58,960 nucleotides of DNA, taken from the NCBI GenBank assembly GCA_032718475.1, contig JAUCBJ010004680.1, positions 1-58,960 of the forward strand, given 5' to 3'. The notes under the pieces were generated by a model. It did not search any database, was not told where the DNA came from, and saw only the letters and a list, made by a program, of their open reading frames with translations. A program made the translations under genes and the position numbers. This DNA is from Nemertoderma westbladi (Eukaryota > Animalia > Xenacoelomorpha). Positions 14,801 to 25,865 of this stretch are shown one piece after another (position 1 is the first letter of the stretch; each line of letters begins with the position of its first letter).

Positions 14801-16227
14801 TACTAGTTTCAGTTACACTTCTTAGAACAAACATTATTAATTTCAGCTACACTACTTAGAACACTCGACTAGTTGCAGTTACACTTCTAAGAACAAACAT
14901 TATTAGTTTCAGCTACACTGCTTAGAACACTCAAATAGTTTCAGTTACACTTCTTAGAACAAACATTATTAGTTTCAGCTACACTGCTTAGAACACTCGA
15001 CTAGTTTCAGCTACACTACTTAGAACACTCGACTAGTTTCAGTTACACTGCTTAGAACACTCCTAGTTTCTGCTACACTGCTTAGAACACTCCTAGTTTC
15101 TGCTACACTGCTTAGAACACTCCTAGTTTCTGCTACACTGCTTAGAACACTCCTAGTTTCTGCTACACTGCTTAGAACACTCCTAGTTTCTGCTACAATG
15201 CTTAGAACACTCCTAGTTTCTGCTACACTGCTTAGAACACTCCTAGTTTCTGCTACACTGCTTAGAACACTCCTAGTTTCTGCTACACTGCTTAGAACAC
15301 TCCTAGTTTCTGCTACACTGCTTAGAACACTCCTAGTTTCTGCTACAATGCTTAGAACACTCCTAGTTTCTGCTACACTGCTTAGAACACTCCTAGTTTC
15401 TGCTACACTGCTTATAACACTCTAGTTTCTGCTACAATGCTTAGAACACTCCTAGTTTCTGCTACACTGCTTAGAACACTCCTAGTTTCTGCTACACTGC
15501 TTAGAACACTCCTTAGAACACTCCTAGTTTCTGCTACACTGCTTAGAACACTCCTAGTTTCTGCTACACTGCTTAGAACACTCCTAGTTTCTGCTACACT
15601 GCTTAGAACACTCCTAGTTTCTGCTACACTGCTTAGAACACTCCTAGTTTCTGCTACAATGCTTAGAACACTCCTAGTTTCTGCTACACTGCTTAGAACA
15701 CTCCTAGTTTCTGCTACACTGCTTAGAACACTCCTAGTTTCTGCTACATGCTTAGAACACTCCTAGTTTCTGCTACACTGCTTAGAACACTCCTAGTTTC
15801 TGCTACAATGCTTAGAACACTCCTAGTTTCTGCTACACTGCTTAGAACACTCCTAGTTTCTGCTACACTGCTTAGAACACTCCTAGTTTCTGCTACACTG
15901 CTTAGAACACTCCTAGTTTCTGCTACACTGCTTAGAACACTCCTAGTTTCTGCTACACTGCTTAGAACACTCCTAGTTTCTGCTACACTGCTTAGAACAC
16001 TCCTAGTTTCTGCTACAATGCTTAGAACACTCCTAGTTTCTGCTACACTGCTTAGAACACTCCTAGTTTCTGCTACACTGCTTAGAACACTCCTAGTTTC
16101 TGCTACACTGCTTAGAACACTCCTAGTTTCTGCTACACTGCTTAGAACACTCCTAGTTTCTGCTACACTGCTTAGAACACTCCTAGTTTCTGCTACACTG
16201 CTTAGAACACTCCTAGTTTCAGCTACA
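5834..16227. repeat. ~10.4-kb satellite of related 30/32/34-bp monomers (cttagaacactcgactagtttcagctacactg; cttagaacaaacattattagtttcagctacacta; cttagaacactcctagtttctgctacactg)
   Basis: A 32+34-bp dimer dominates 5.8-13.2 kb and 13.9-15.0 kb. Homogeneous 30-bp blocks lie at ~13257-13935 and ~15051-16227. Confidence 0.97.
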
Positions 16228-16304
16228 ATAATTGGATCTATCCTATATTGAGTTATTATGTTTGGAAAGTGTGAGCTACATTAGTTGGGCCGATATAAAC
16301 TAAC

Positions 16305-16487
16305 CCCGCCCCCTGCCACACTTCGGAGTAGTCTGTTTTTATCTTCAGCGAGTTTGAACTTAGCGAACATTTCAGCTTTCCTCGATGTGAGTTCCGAGTG
16401 CTTCCCATTGGCCAGTCCGATCTCCTGTATAGTCTGGGGTCGTTCCGATAGCAGGGTCAATCCTTCATCCACATAGCTTTCAATAGC
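16305..16487 (-). CDS. DYNC2H1: DYNC2H1 exon (tail), AIESYVDEGLTLLSERPQTIQEIGLAN...EDKNRLLRSVAGGG
   Basis: Acceptor tgtctttag|GCT; donor GGC GGG|gttagt; 183 nt, phase 0-0; contains the KNRLLR.VAGGG motif of dynein-2. Confidence 0.93.
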
Positions 16488-17141
16488 CTAAAGACATACA
16501 AGAAAACAACATGACGACCAGTCGTCCTGGCATGATGGCCCTAGCGGTCCGTGAATCAAGTCGTAAGAGACAGTACGAGTCAAGTGAAAGCTTTTTGTTC
16601 TGTCCGATAAATTAGTCTGAAAGTAGTCCCGGTGTACGAACAACAATTTTATACACAGCCTCAAACTATAATTATTTTGTTGTAATCATCTAATGAATTA
16701 TAACAGCTGTTGTGATTATAGAAGATAGAGAGCAGTTAGCGAAATGATTATTTGTTCTGTAGAGTAGTCGGAGAGTCGAGGTGTCAGTAGATTAATAATA
16801 ATAGTTGTTGTCATGAATTCAATACAATCACGCCAAAGAAGTAATAAGACAAATTCGTTCTTATTTTTGTAAATAAAACAAGTTGAGATGTTTCAATTTA
16901 AACCACGATTTAACATTTATATTAATTAAATACAACAATTATATTATTATTATAGCAGAGTACATTTAGTACACTTAGTACCCGATAGTCAACAGAAGTA
17001 CTTTGTCAAACTAAAATTCATTCAGCTGGCCAGCCACCTAACATAGCAGAGTGAGTAACCTTGTAGATATTCCCATAGGATTCACTGGAAAGAGCTATCT
17101 GCTGACGGGGTAGTACATTATAAAATAACAGTTGATGTTTG

Positions 17142-17221
17142 CTTACTGCCTGAGATAGAGTGAGAGAGTAAACACAACCTTACTGCCTGGGATAGAGTGA
17201 GAGACTAAACACAACCTTACT
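17142..17221. repeat. Two-copy 37-bp direct repeat (cttactgcctgrgatagagtgagagastaaacacaac)
   Basis: Two adjacent near-identical copies. Confidence 0.8.
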
Positions 17222-17662
17222 AAAACTTGACAAGTAAATATACTTATCTGCAGTTTGGGCCTATCGACTCATTAGCATTACTATAGGCCCTCACCCCTCA
17301 CTATCACTTTTTAATGAGCACCAGCTCGTGTTTCTATCATTGAGTCTATTAGAATATTCGTGTTTTGGGGCTATTTTTCGAAATTAAAAATGTGAGACGT
17401 TTCAATTGAAACCGTGATTTCACAAGTACCCATATAAATCTATTTTCATGGTTCATACAAAATTTCATCAAAATCGTTTTAGAGCCGTTTTTGCTCTAGG
17501 TCAGTAGCCAGTAGCCAGTAGTCAGTAGCTTTTTTTTTTTTTACAATAATCAAGTTAATTTAACGATAATATAAAATGGTGTAAAGCATTGATTTGTTTA
17601 CAGTTTATTCTTGGGTATTTATTTTTAAAACAATTATTGTGTATACATAACATCCGTAACTG

Positions 17663-20420
17663 CACCCATCCCCTAAACAACAGACCTGGTACCCACACCC
17701 ATCCCCTAAACAACAGACCTGGTACCCACACCCACCCCCTAAACAAACAACAGACCTGGTACCCACACCCATCCCCTCAAACAACAGATCTGGTACCCAC
17801 ACCCATCCCCTAAACAACAGACCTGGTACCCACACCCATCCCCTAAACAACAGACCTGGTACACACACCCATCCCCTAAACAACAGACCTGGTACCCACA
17901 CCCATCCCCTAAACAAACAACAGACCTGGTACCCACACCCATCCCCTCAAACAACAGACCTGGTACCCACACCCATCCCCTAAACAACAGACCTGGTACC
18001 CACACCCATCCCCTAAACAACAGACCTGGTACCCACACCCATCCCCTAAACAACAGACCTGGTACCCACACCCATCCCCTAAACAACAGACCTGGTACCC
18101 ACACCCATCCCCTAAACAACAGACCTGGTACCCACACCCATCCCCTAAACAACAGACCTGGTACCCACACCCATCCCCTAAACAAACAACAGACCTGGTA
18201 CCCACACCCATCCCCTAAACAACAGACCTGGTACCCACACCCATCCCCTAAACAAACAACAGACCTGGTACCCACACCCATCCCCTAAACAACAGACCTG
18301 GTACCCACACCCATCCCCTAAACAACAGACCTGGTACCCACACCCATCCCCTAAACAACAGACCTGGTACCCACACCCATCCCCTAAACAACAGACCTGG
18401 TACCCACACCCATCCCCTAAACAACAGACCTGGTACCCACACCCATCCCCTAAACAACAGACCTGGTACCCACACCCATCCCCTAAACAACAGACCTGGT
18501 ACCCACACCCATCCCCTAAACAACAGACCTGGTACCCACACCCATCCCCTAAACAACAGACCTGGTACCCACACCCATCCCCTAAACAACAGACCTGGTA
18601 CCCACACCCATCCCCTAAACAACAGACCTGGTACCCACACCCATCCCCTAAACAACAGACCTGGTACCCACACCCATCCCCTAAACAACAGACCTGGTAC
18701 CCACACCCATCCCCTAAACAACAGACCTGGTACCCACACCCATCCCCTAAACAACAGACCTGGTACCCACACCCATCCCCTAAACAACAGACCTGGTACC
18801 CACACCCATCCCCTAAACAACAGACCTGGTACCCACACCCATCCCCTAAACAACAGACCTGGTACCCACACCCATCCCCATTATAAACAACAGATCTGGT
18901 ACCCACACCCATCCCCTAAACAACAGACCTGGTACCCACACCCATCCCCTAAACAACAGACCTGGTACCCACACCCATCCCCTAAAACAACAGACCTGGT
19001 ACCCACACCCATCCCCTAAACAACAGACCTGGTACCCACACCCATCCCCTAAACAACAGACCTGGTACCCACACCCATCCCCTAAACAACAGACCTGGTA
19101 CCCACACCCATCCCCTAAACAACAGACCTGGTACCCACACCCATCCCCTAAACAACAGACCTGGTACCCACACCCATCCCCTAAACAACAGACCTGGTAC
19201 CCACACCCATCCCCTATAAACAACAGACCTGGTACCCACACCCATCCCCTAAACAACAGACCTGGTACCCACACCCATCCCCTAATAAACAACAGACCTG
19301 GTACCCACACCCATCCCCTAAACAACAGACCTGGTACCCACACCCATCCCCATTATAAACAACAGATCTGGTACCCACACCCATCCCCTAAAACAACAGA
19401 CCTGGTACCCACACCCATCCCCTAAACAACAGACCTGGTACCCACACCCATCCCCTAAACAACAGACCTGGTACCCACACCCATCCCCTAAACAACAGAC
19501 CTGGTACCCACACCCATCCCCTAAACAACAGACCTGGTACCCACACCCATCCCCTAAACAACAGACCTGGTACCCACACCCATCCCCTAAACAACAGACC
19601 TGGTACCCACACCCATCCCCTAAACAACAGACCTGGTACCCACACCCATCCCCTAAACAACAGACCTGGTACCCACACCCATCCCCTATTATAAACAACA
19701 GATCTGGTACCCACACCCATCCCCTAAACAACAGACCTGGTACCCACACCCATCCCCTAAACAACAGACCTGGTACCCACACCCATCCCCTAAACAACAG
19801 ACCTGGTACCCACACCCATCCCCTAAACAACAGACCTGGTACCCACACCCATCCCCTAAACAACAGACCTGGTACCCACACCCATCCCCTAAACAACAGA
19901 CCTGGTACCCACACCCATCCCCTAAACAACAGACCTGGTACCCACACCCATCCCCTAAACAACAGACCTGGTACCCACACCCATCCCCTAAACAACAGAC
20001 CTGGTACCCACACCCATCCCCTAAACAACAGACCTGGTACCCACACCCATCCCCTATAACAACAGACCTGGTACCCACACCCATCCCCTAAACAACAGAC
20101 CTGGTACCCACACCCATCCCCTAAACAACGGACCTGGTTACCCACACCCATCCCCTAAACAACAGACCTGGTACCCACACCCATCCCCTAAACAACAGAC
20201 CTGGTACCCACACCCATCCCCTAAACAACAGACCTGGCTGTACCCACACCCATCCCCTACAAACAACAGACCTGGTACCCACACCCATCCCCTAAACAAC
20301 AGAGCTGGTACCCACACCCATCCCCTAAACAACAGACCTGGTACCCACACCCATCCCCTAAACAACAGACCTGGTACCCACACCCATCCCCTAAACAACA
20401 GACCTGTCACCCATCCCCTA
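17663..20420. repeat. 33-bp minisatellite (acccacacccatcccctaaacaacagacctggt), ~83 copies
   Basis: Highly homogeneous tandem array ending ~16 bp from the exon donor at 20436/20437. Confidence 0.97.
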
Positions 20421-20436
20421 TCTATAACCTACTGAC

Positions 20437-20670
20437 CTGGCACCCATCTGCTATCGACTTTCTAAGACTGCCCATCAAAGCGTCATGTAGCTTCTGTATG
20501 TGGTCGTCTATGGCGAGATGAACCGGTAGACAGTTTACAACAATACAGTCTACTCGAATCTCGTGGGGCAGTTTCTCTGCGTCACGTCCGCGGGACTTAA
20601 TAGCTCGAAAGTTTTTCTCCCAATCGGAAACCTCAGACAGATTGCTCTCAATAAGGTCGTCAATGTCGAC
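20437..20670 (-). CDS. DYNC2H1: DYNC2H1 exon (tail), VDIDDLIESNLSEVSDWEKNFRAIKSRGRDAEKLP...SLRKSIADGCQ
   Basis: Acceptor ctttttacag|GTC; donor TGC CAG|gtcagt; 234 nt, phase 0-0; DWEKNF motif. Confidence 0.93.
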
Positions 20671-20887
20671 CTGTAAAAAGTAATAAAATATTATATTAAA
20701 ATAGTACATAGTCTAATAGTCTAAACAAATATTAAATATTGTCGTGACACACAAAGATAGTCCGCGGTATGAAATTATCCTGCCAAACATATTTGGATGG
20801 AATCACAGTGGATGCATTTTACTTATTATACTATTGGATCCATGATAGTAATCAACTGTTATCATTCAGGAAACCATACCAACTTAC

Positions 20888-21155
20888 TTGACCAATCACA
20901 ACCCAGTCGGCGAACTTATCCAAACAGTTCTCCAATCGGAACAAAAGATCTTCGGCCTTCTGATAGACGGCAGTGAAGCAGGAAGCGTTGCGTTCGATGA
21001 TGGATGGGAAGCAGACACCCGCCCCCGTCCCAGATACACCTCGGAAGTGTAGAGGAATACACATAAACTTCTTTAGGTCCCGGTAGTATTTGGCGCGGAT
21101 CTCCTCCAGAGGAGGTTTAAACTGTAAACGTCCTTGACGAAAAACCACGTCGACT
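20888..21155 (-). CDS. DYNC2H1: DYNC2H1 exon (tail), VDVVFRQGRLQFKPPLEEIRAKYYR...DWVVIGQ
   Basis: Acceptor ttttccaacag|A GTC; donor GGT CAA|gtaagt; QGRLQF.PP.EEIRAKYYR motif. Confidence 0.93.
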
Positions 21156-21390
21156 CTGTTGGAAAATAATAAATGTTGTAAAATAATATATCATACTTAA
21201 TGAGTAAACATAAAATAATGGATTAATAAAGGAAAAATAAAGGTAATTGTAATAAAAACTTTATATACATAAAAAAATATTATAATAATACGCCATGATG
21301 AATTTTCAAAATGTTCTAGAAAATGCCATGAAAGCCAATATTACAGCGTAGTTTACAATAATAAATTACAAACAACATTATAATTCCCAC

Positions 21391-21556
21391 CTTATCTCCG
21401 GTAAGTTCTCATTGAGTGACTCCAGACCCAACTGATACTGGTGCTCCAACACTTTATACAACTGCCTATCCCAATGTATCTTCCATGACATCATGTTGCT
21501 TTCCTTGAATCCTTGATTCTGCAGATCTTCCATAACGTGCCGGATATCCATTAAAC
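21391..21556 (-). CDS. DYNC2H1: DYNC2H1 exon (tail), GLMDIRHVMEDLQNQGFKESNMMSWKIHWDRQLYKVLEHQYQLGLESLNENLPEIR
   Basis: Acceptor gtaaaatag|GT TTA; donor ATA AG|gtggga; HW..QLYK.LEHQYQ.GLE.LNENLPEI motif. Not in the ORF track. Confidence 0.92.
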
Positions 21557-21831
21557 CTATTTTACAATAAATATTGATAGAACCCTAAGCCTGATATATA
21601 AACCACTTCAGTATATACCACCTAAATCTTCATATGGCGAATCGATATGGGATATACGAACACAATTATATTGTTAAAGATAATTTAACTCAATTTTAAT
21701 AGATTTATAAATTAAATTTAGTAGGTTTTTAATCTCTTTTATACTAATATATATATTATATATTTTATTTCTCGAAATAACTCAGACCTACTTATTATGG
21801 TGTAATAATTAATTAATGTTAGACAAATAAG

Positions 21832-22389
21832 CTTCCACCCATTTCGGGAGTTGAATGGGTTTATCCACTCCATACCTACTAAATATATCTTTAGTAGGTC
21901 ATGTCCACTCACCTTCCACCCATTTCGGGAGTTGAATGCGTTTATCCACTCCATACCTACTAAAGATATCTTTAGTAGGTCATGTCCACTCACCTTCCAC
22001 CCATTTCGGGAGTTGAATGGGTTTATCCACTCCATACCTACTAAAGATATCTTTAGTAGGTCATGTCCACTCACCTTCCACCCATTTCGGGAGTTGAATG
22101 CGTTTATCCACTCCATACCTACTAAAGATATCTTTAGTAGGTCATGTCCACTCACCTTCCACCCATTTCGGGAGTTGAATGGGTTTATCCACTGCATACC
22201 TACTAAAGATATCTTTAGTAGGTCATGTCCACTCACCTTCCACCCATTTCGGGAGTTGAATGCGTTTATCCACTCCATACCTACTAAAGATATCTTTAGT
22301 AGGTCATGTCCACTCACCTTCCACCCATTTCGGGAGTTGAATGCGTTTATCCACTCCATACCTACTAAAGATATCTTTAGTAGGTCATG
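21832..22389. repeat. 81-bp tandem repeat, ~7 copies, each with a 26-bp palindrome (perfect except one mismatch in the leftmost copy)
   Basis: Unit ccttccacccatttcgggagttgaatgsgtttatccactccatacctactaaagatatctttagtaggtcatgtccactca. Confidence 0.96.
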
Positions 22390-22445
22390 GATTTATCAAC
22401 TCTCCTTCCTCCCATATCGGCAGTTTAATGGATTCATCAACTTAC

Positions 22446-22620
22446 CTTCCTTCCATTTAGGCAGTTGTCTTAGTAAATCGACCCCGATCAGCTGAACAAC
22501 ACGGTCACAGATATCGAAGTGGCATTTCCTGAGTCGTCTGTTATCCGTGGTCAGTCGGTCTGCCGATTTCTGAAGTTTGTCGATGTAGGTCTCCAGTTGT
22601 TCGGGGTTGTCCCAGGTTAC
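22446..22620 (-). CDS. DYNC2H1: DYNC2H1 exon (tail), VTWDNPEQLETYIDKLQKSADRLTTDNRRLRKCHFDICDRVVQLIGVDLLRQLPKWKE; the most 5' exon found in the window
   Basis: Acceptor ctttatccag|GTA ACC TGG; donor GAA G|gtaag; TWDNP..LE.YI.KLQ and DLLRQ motifs. Not in the ORF track. Confidence 0.92.
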
Positions 22621-23079
22621 CTGGATAAAGATATACGTGTTTAGTATATTTAAAATTTATTAAGTATAAATAGGAGCGCTTTCTTACACGCCGACCCAGT
22701 AGTGATGTATAGCTTGCCGAGCGAGTGGGATAAATAATACATGTACGAGTCGCAAGGGAAATAATGCTATATATTATGTAAAACGTAATTTTATTCTTAT
22801 TATTGCCTTTCCTCCTCTCGAATTCACTGAAAATTCGCGTCTTGGTTATCCATGTTACGCGTAAACACTATGTACGGACCCACCGTGGCAATAAGCAGCA
22901 AACATTTATAGGGCATATACGTATATATTATATGCCCAACAAAGTATATCGTACATACTGGATGCAATCGGAATTAAACTGTTTTCATTGTAAAATATAC
23001 GCTTATTACAGCTTATTCCGAGCAACAATTAAACTGTAACAATGTATTAATATACTATGAATCACATGCAACAGTAACC

Positions 23080-23505
23080 TGCTCCTTTATCTTAATATGT
23101 AAGTCATGGGGTGCCCAGTCCACCATGCTTATTTTCCCCATGGCGATGGGTTGCCAAAGCACTAGAGCCCTTCAGGCTAGTCAGTCCTCACGGCGAACGA
23201 AAGCAATGTCCTTCAAAGGGAAGGGAGGTATCACCTCCACAATGTTGTATAGTCTGATTGGAGTTGTGTTCTTTGTACTTGACACAATGAACCCGGCGTA
23301 GCACCAGCATGTACTCACATAAATCAGTACTAGTTCTACTGCTGCCCTAAATAATGAAACCTTGGGATTCCGTTTTTTTCTATTATTATAACTTTTTTTG
23401 GCAAAGCATTGCAAAGTCGTCAATGACGTACAGGTGGGATCGAACTGGTGACCTCCGGGTTGGAAGTCTGATGCTCTAACCATGGGACTAACCCTGGGGA
23501 GGCTA
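23080..23505 (-). mobile_element. Probable tRNA-derived SINE (head ~23503-23430; 3' boundary uncertain)
   Basis: The minus strand reads ...tagtcccatggttagagcatcagacttccaacccggaggtcaccagttcgatcccacctg. This has A-box-like and B-box-like (GTTCGATCCC) pol III elements at tRNA-like spacing, but no intact cloverleaf. Confidence 0.5.
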
Positions 23506-23871
23506 TTCAATGCTGCCCATGCCGGTTCTCATACTTACTCAATCAGACTGAGATTTTAATATAGTTAGAGCTTCGTAGACTTAGTAATGCGCAATGGAAC
23601 CATAACGTGTTGTTTTAACTCGATTCGGTAGAGTAAATCACGTTCTGTACTATATTGTTGATCCAATAGAACAATAACGCTCTAAACAAACCGAACTTGT
23701 TTAAATCCGTACGAATTTCAGGTTCTGATAAAAAGGGCACCTTTCCCACAACGCTAGGGTTGCCTAATCAAGCAAATTAGTACCACATTCGTCAGGGTGT
23801 CTGTCCCCTGTAACGACATGTACCCTGTATTGGGTTTGTTTGTCATTCAGTCACTTTGGATCGATTCATAG

Positions 23872-24050
23872 GGTTGGGTGAATTCTTAGCCCGCGAGTAT
23901 TCTTAGCCCGCGGGTATTCTTAGCCCGCGAGTTAGTAAAGGTGCAGGTTTCATAAGCGTATTGGGGGAACCAAAACAATAAACGTTATTGTTTTGCGGGC
24001 TAAGAATGCCCACGGCTAAGAATACTCGCGGGCTAAGAATTCCTGAGATC
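23872..24050. mobile_element. MITE/foldback-like element with internally repeated inverted arms and candidate 8-bp target-site duplication attcatag
   Basis: gaattcttagcccgcgagtattcttagcc (from 23880) is the exact reverse complement of ggctaagaatactcgcgggctaagaattc (ending 24042). attcatag occurs at 23864-23871 and 24051-24058. Confidence 0.7.
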
Positions 24051-24319
24051 ATTCATAGCCTATTGAATACGATACAAAGATATGATACTGTTGAATACGA
24101 TACAAAGACATGATACGTTGAATACGTTATTATTTATATTTATATTACAATTAACTATACAGCTTGCCAACACATTGTTACTATCATTTATATTTATAAA
24201 AATCGATTAGTAGTGGAGTTTCTGTGTTGTAATATAATAAATTAATTAAATATTATAAGAAATATATTTGGAAATGGCAATAATTACAAACATAATAAAT
24301 CTCACATATTAACAATTAT

Positions 24320-24490
24320 ATTATTAAATAGCATTAATTATTAACATTATTAAATAGGATTAATTATTAACATTATTAAATAGCATTAATTATTAACATT
24401 ATTAAATAGCATTAATTATTAACATTATTAAATAGGATTCCTTTATTCAGTTAATTATTAACATTATTAAATAGGATTCCTTTATTCAGT
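24320..24490. repeat. AT-rich ~26-bp tandem repeat (attaattattaacattattaaatags) in the 3' UTR/flank of the nested gene
   Basis: About 5-6 copies; the last two carry a tttatt (minus-strand AATAAA) extension. Confidence 0.8.
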
Positions 24491-24518
24491 TTTCATTTAT
24501 TACAAGGTTACACCGGTT

Positions 24519-25865
24519 CTATTGTTTTTTATCTTGACATTTGAAGTGAGTATCCATAACGAATAAGCTCAAGGCGCACAGAATAACAAAAAATGACGTC
24601 AGAAAGGCAGTGAGAGCGCCTAGTGGCCATTTAACGTCATAGACCTGAAAGCAAACCGAAACGCCAATCATTATGATGTATAACGAGCAGAAAATAACGA
24701 ACAAAGCGAGGCGATTCCTTAGCAGCCGAGACACACCGACCCAAATCTTAGACCGAGATAAATAGGTTACAAACAAAAGAAGGAGCCCCAGAACAGTGTA
24801 CTCGATAACTGGAATACGAATAACTTCGGTTAGCCGTAGAAAGTAGGATTCGCCAGGTTTCTGTAGGAATTTATATGAGATGAGAGTGGCGGTGGTAAAA
24901 CTAAGTGGCATAATCCACCGGCATAAATGTAAGTTTCTTTTAATAAATGGAATTGTAAAGATTTGAGTGAAAGAGAAAATAAAGAAAAATCCAAAAAAGA
25001 ACATTGGCCAGAAAACGATAGGGCCGCCTGTCTGATAAGCGACGATTCCAGAATGTATAGTGACCCACGATTCTAGGAAGACTCGCCAATACGGGTTGAG
25101 ATGCACTCTAGTGTAAGCGAGACTACCTTGTAACATTATAGTGTAGGTGTGTACCACGCCGCCAAAATGGCCCACAGTGTTCTCCATCGGGTGGTACCAG
25201 AACGTGTAGACAGAGGCCCACATAAAGGCGTACCCATGGTAACGTCTCAGTACTCTAGTCCCGTACGCAGTAGCGGCAGTTAACGCGGGGGATGAACCCA
25301 GGAGGAAACCTCTGGATGGGTATTCCATAGCGAGAACGAATATTAGAAGCATTATAACGGAGGACTGGCTGCTCGCGATAGAAACATCCTGAGCTAACCC
25401 GTCGTAGAATAAATGAGTGTGAATTAAATGAAGACAATGGAAGATGACATTGACGGCGAATAGACGGAAGTTAAACAAACGGTAACTCCCGATGTACTTC
25501 GTCGGTGGATGCTGCGATTGAGCGCCGTACAGGATCAACCAGTTGGCTAGGAGATGGGTTGTAAACAGGGCCCATACGGAGACTCTGCTACCGATAGTGA
25601 CTCGAGACGGGGGCAGCTTCCAGTAGTACCAACGGGCCTCGCGGTCCAGGCCGTGTCTGCCCACCGCTCCGGGCCCCTCGTCCAGGCTCGGTTCCGGGAG
25701 GAACCGATCTCTCGAGGTTCTACTGGCGTTGTGGACCCATCCCGAATCGGCGTCCCATCCCCGCCAACCACCCACGCTGAATATTGCGACGCATAACAGC
25801 AGTAAGTAGACAATGCCCAAACCCCAACCGAGTATGTCTTGTCGAATTCCCGATTTATAATCCAT
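24519..25865 (-). CDS. Intronless 448-aa multi-pass membrane protein of unknown function (His/Trp-rich), nested in a DYNC2H1 intron on the same strand
   Basis: Uninterrupted 1347-nt non-repetitive ORF with higher GC than its AT-rich flanks and a good Kozak context (acaATGG). About ten hydrophobic segments. Motifs WYYWKLP, HTHLFYDGLAQDVS..SSQ.SVI, YHGY, YTFWYHPME, LQGSL..TR.H.N and WPMFFFGF. AATAAA signals lie downstream on the minus strand (~24441-24446, 24481-24486). Confidence 0.88.
   Translation of the reverse strand: MDYKSGIRQDILGWGLGIVYLLLLCVAIFSVGGWRGWDADSGWVHNASRTSRDRFLPEPSLDEGPGAVGRHGLDREARWYYWKLPPSRVTIGSRVSVWALFTTHLLANWLILYGAQSQHPPTKYIGSYRLFNFRLFAVNVIFHCLHLIHTHLFYDGLAQDVSIASSQSSVIMLLIFVLAMEYPSRGFLLGSSPALTAATAYGTRVLRRYHGYAFMWASVYTFWYHPMENTVGHFGGVVHTYTIMLQGSLAYTRVHLNPYWRVFLESWVTIHSGIVAYQTGGPIVFWPMFFFGFFFIFSFTQIFTIPFIKRNLHLCRWIMPLSFTTATLISYKFLQKPGESYFLRLTEVIRIPVIEYTVLGLLLLFVTYLSRSKIWVGVSRLLRNRLALFVIFCSLYIIMIGVSVCFQVYDVKWPLGALTAFLTSFFVILCALSLFVMDTHFKCQDKKQ

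Noticed and set aside
13226-16251. LRTLLVSATL / SVLSSVAETR repeat ORFs
   Set aside because: Stop-free 30-bp satellite variant, open on both strands by chance.
5834-16304. Derivation of the 30-34-bp satellite from the adjacent donor (GGCGGG|gttagt)
   Set aside because: No similarity seen, so the junction-seeding pattern does not apply to every array.
17555-20410. Cys-rich GDGCGYQVCCL (metallothionein/keratin-associated-like) and GWVWVPGLLFR ORFs
   Set aside because: Translations of a 33-bp minisatellite, open in two frames and broken by random 1-5-nt indels, which shows no coding constraint.
21739-22495. 27-aa repeat ORFs on both strands
   Set aside because: Product of the 81-bp intronic repeat; the flanking dynein exons splice in frame without it.
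23430-23503. Functional tRNA gene
   Set aside because: A/B boxes are present but I could not build a proper acceptor stem or cloverleaf; treated as a SINE head.
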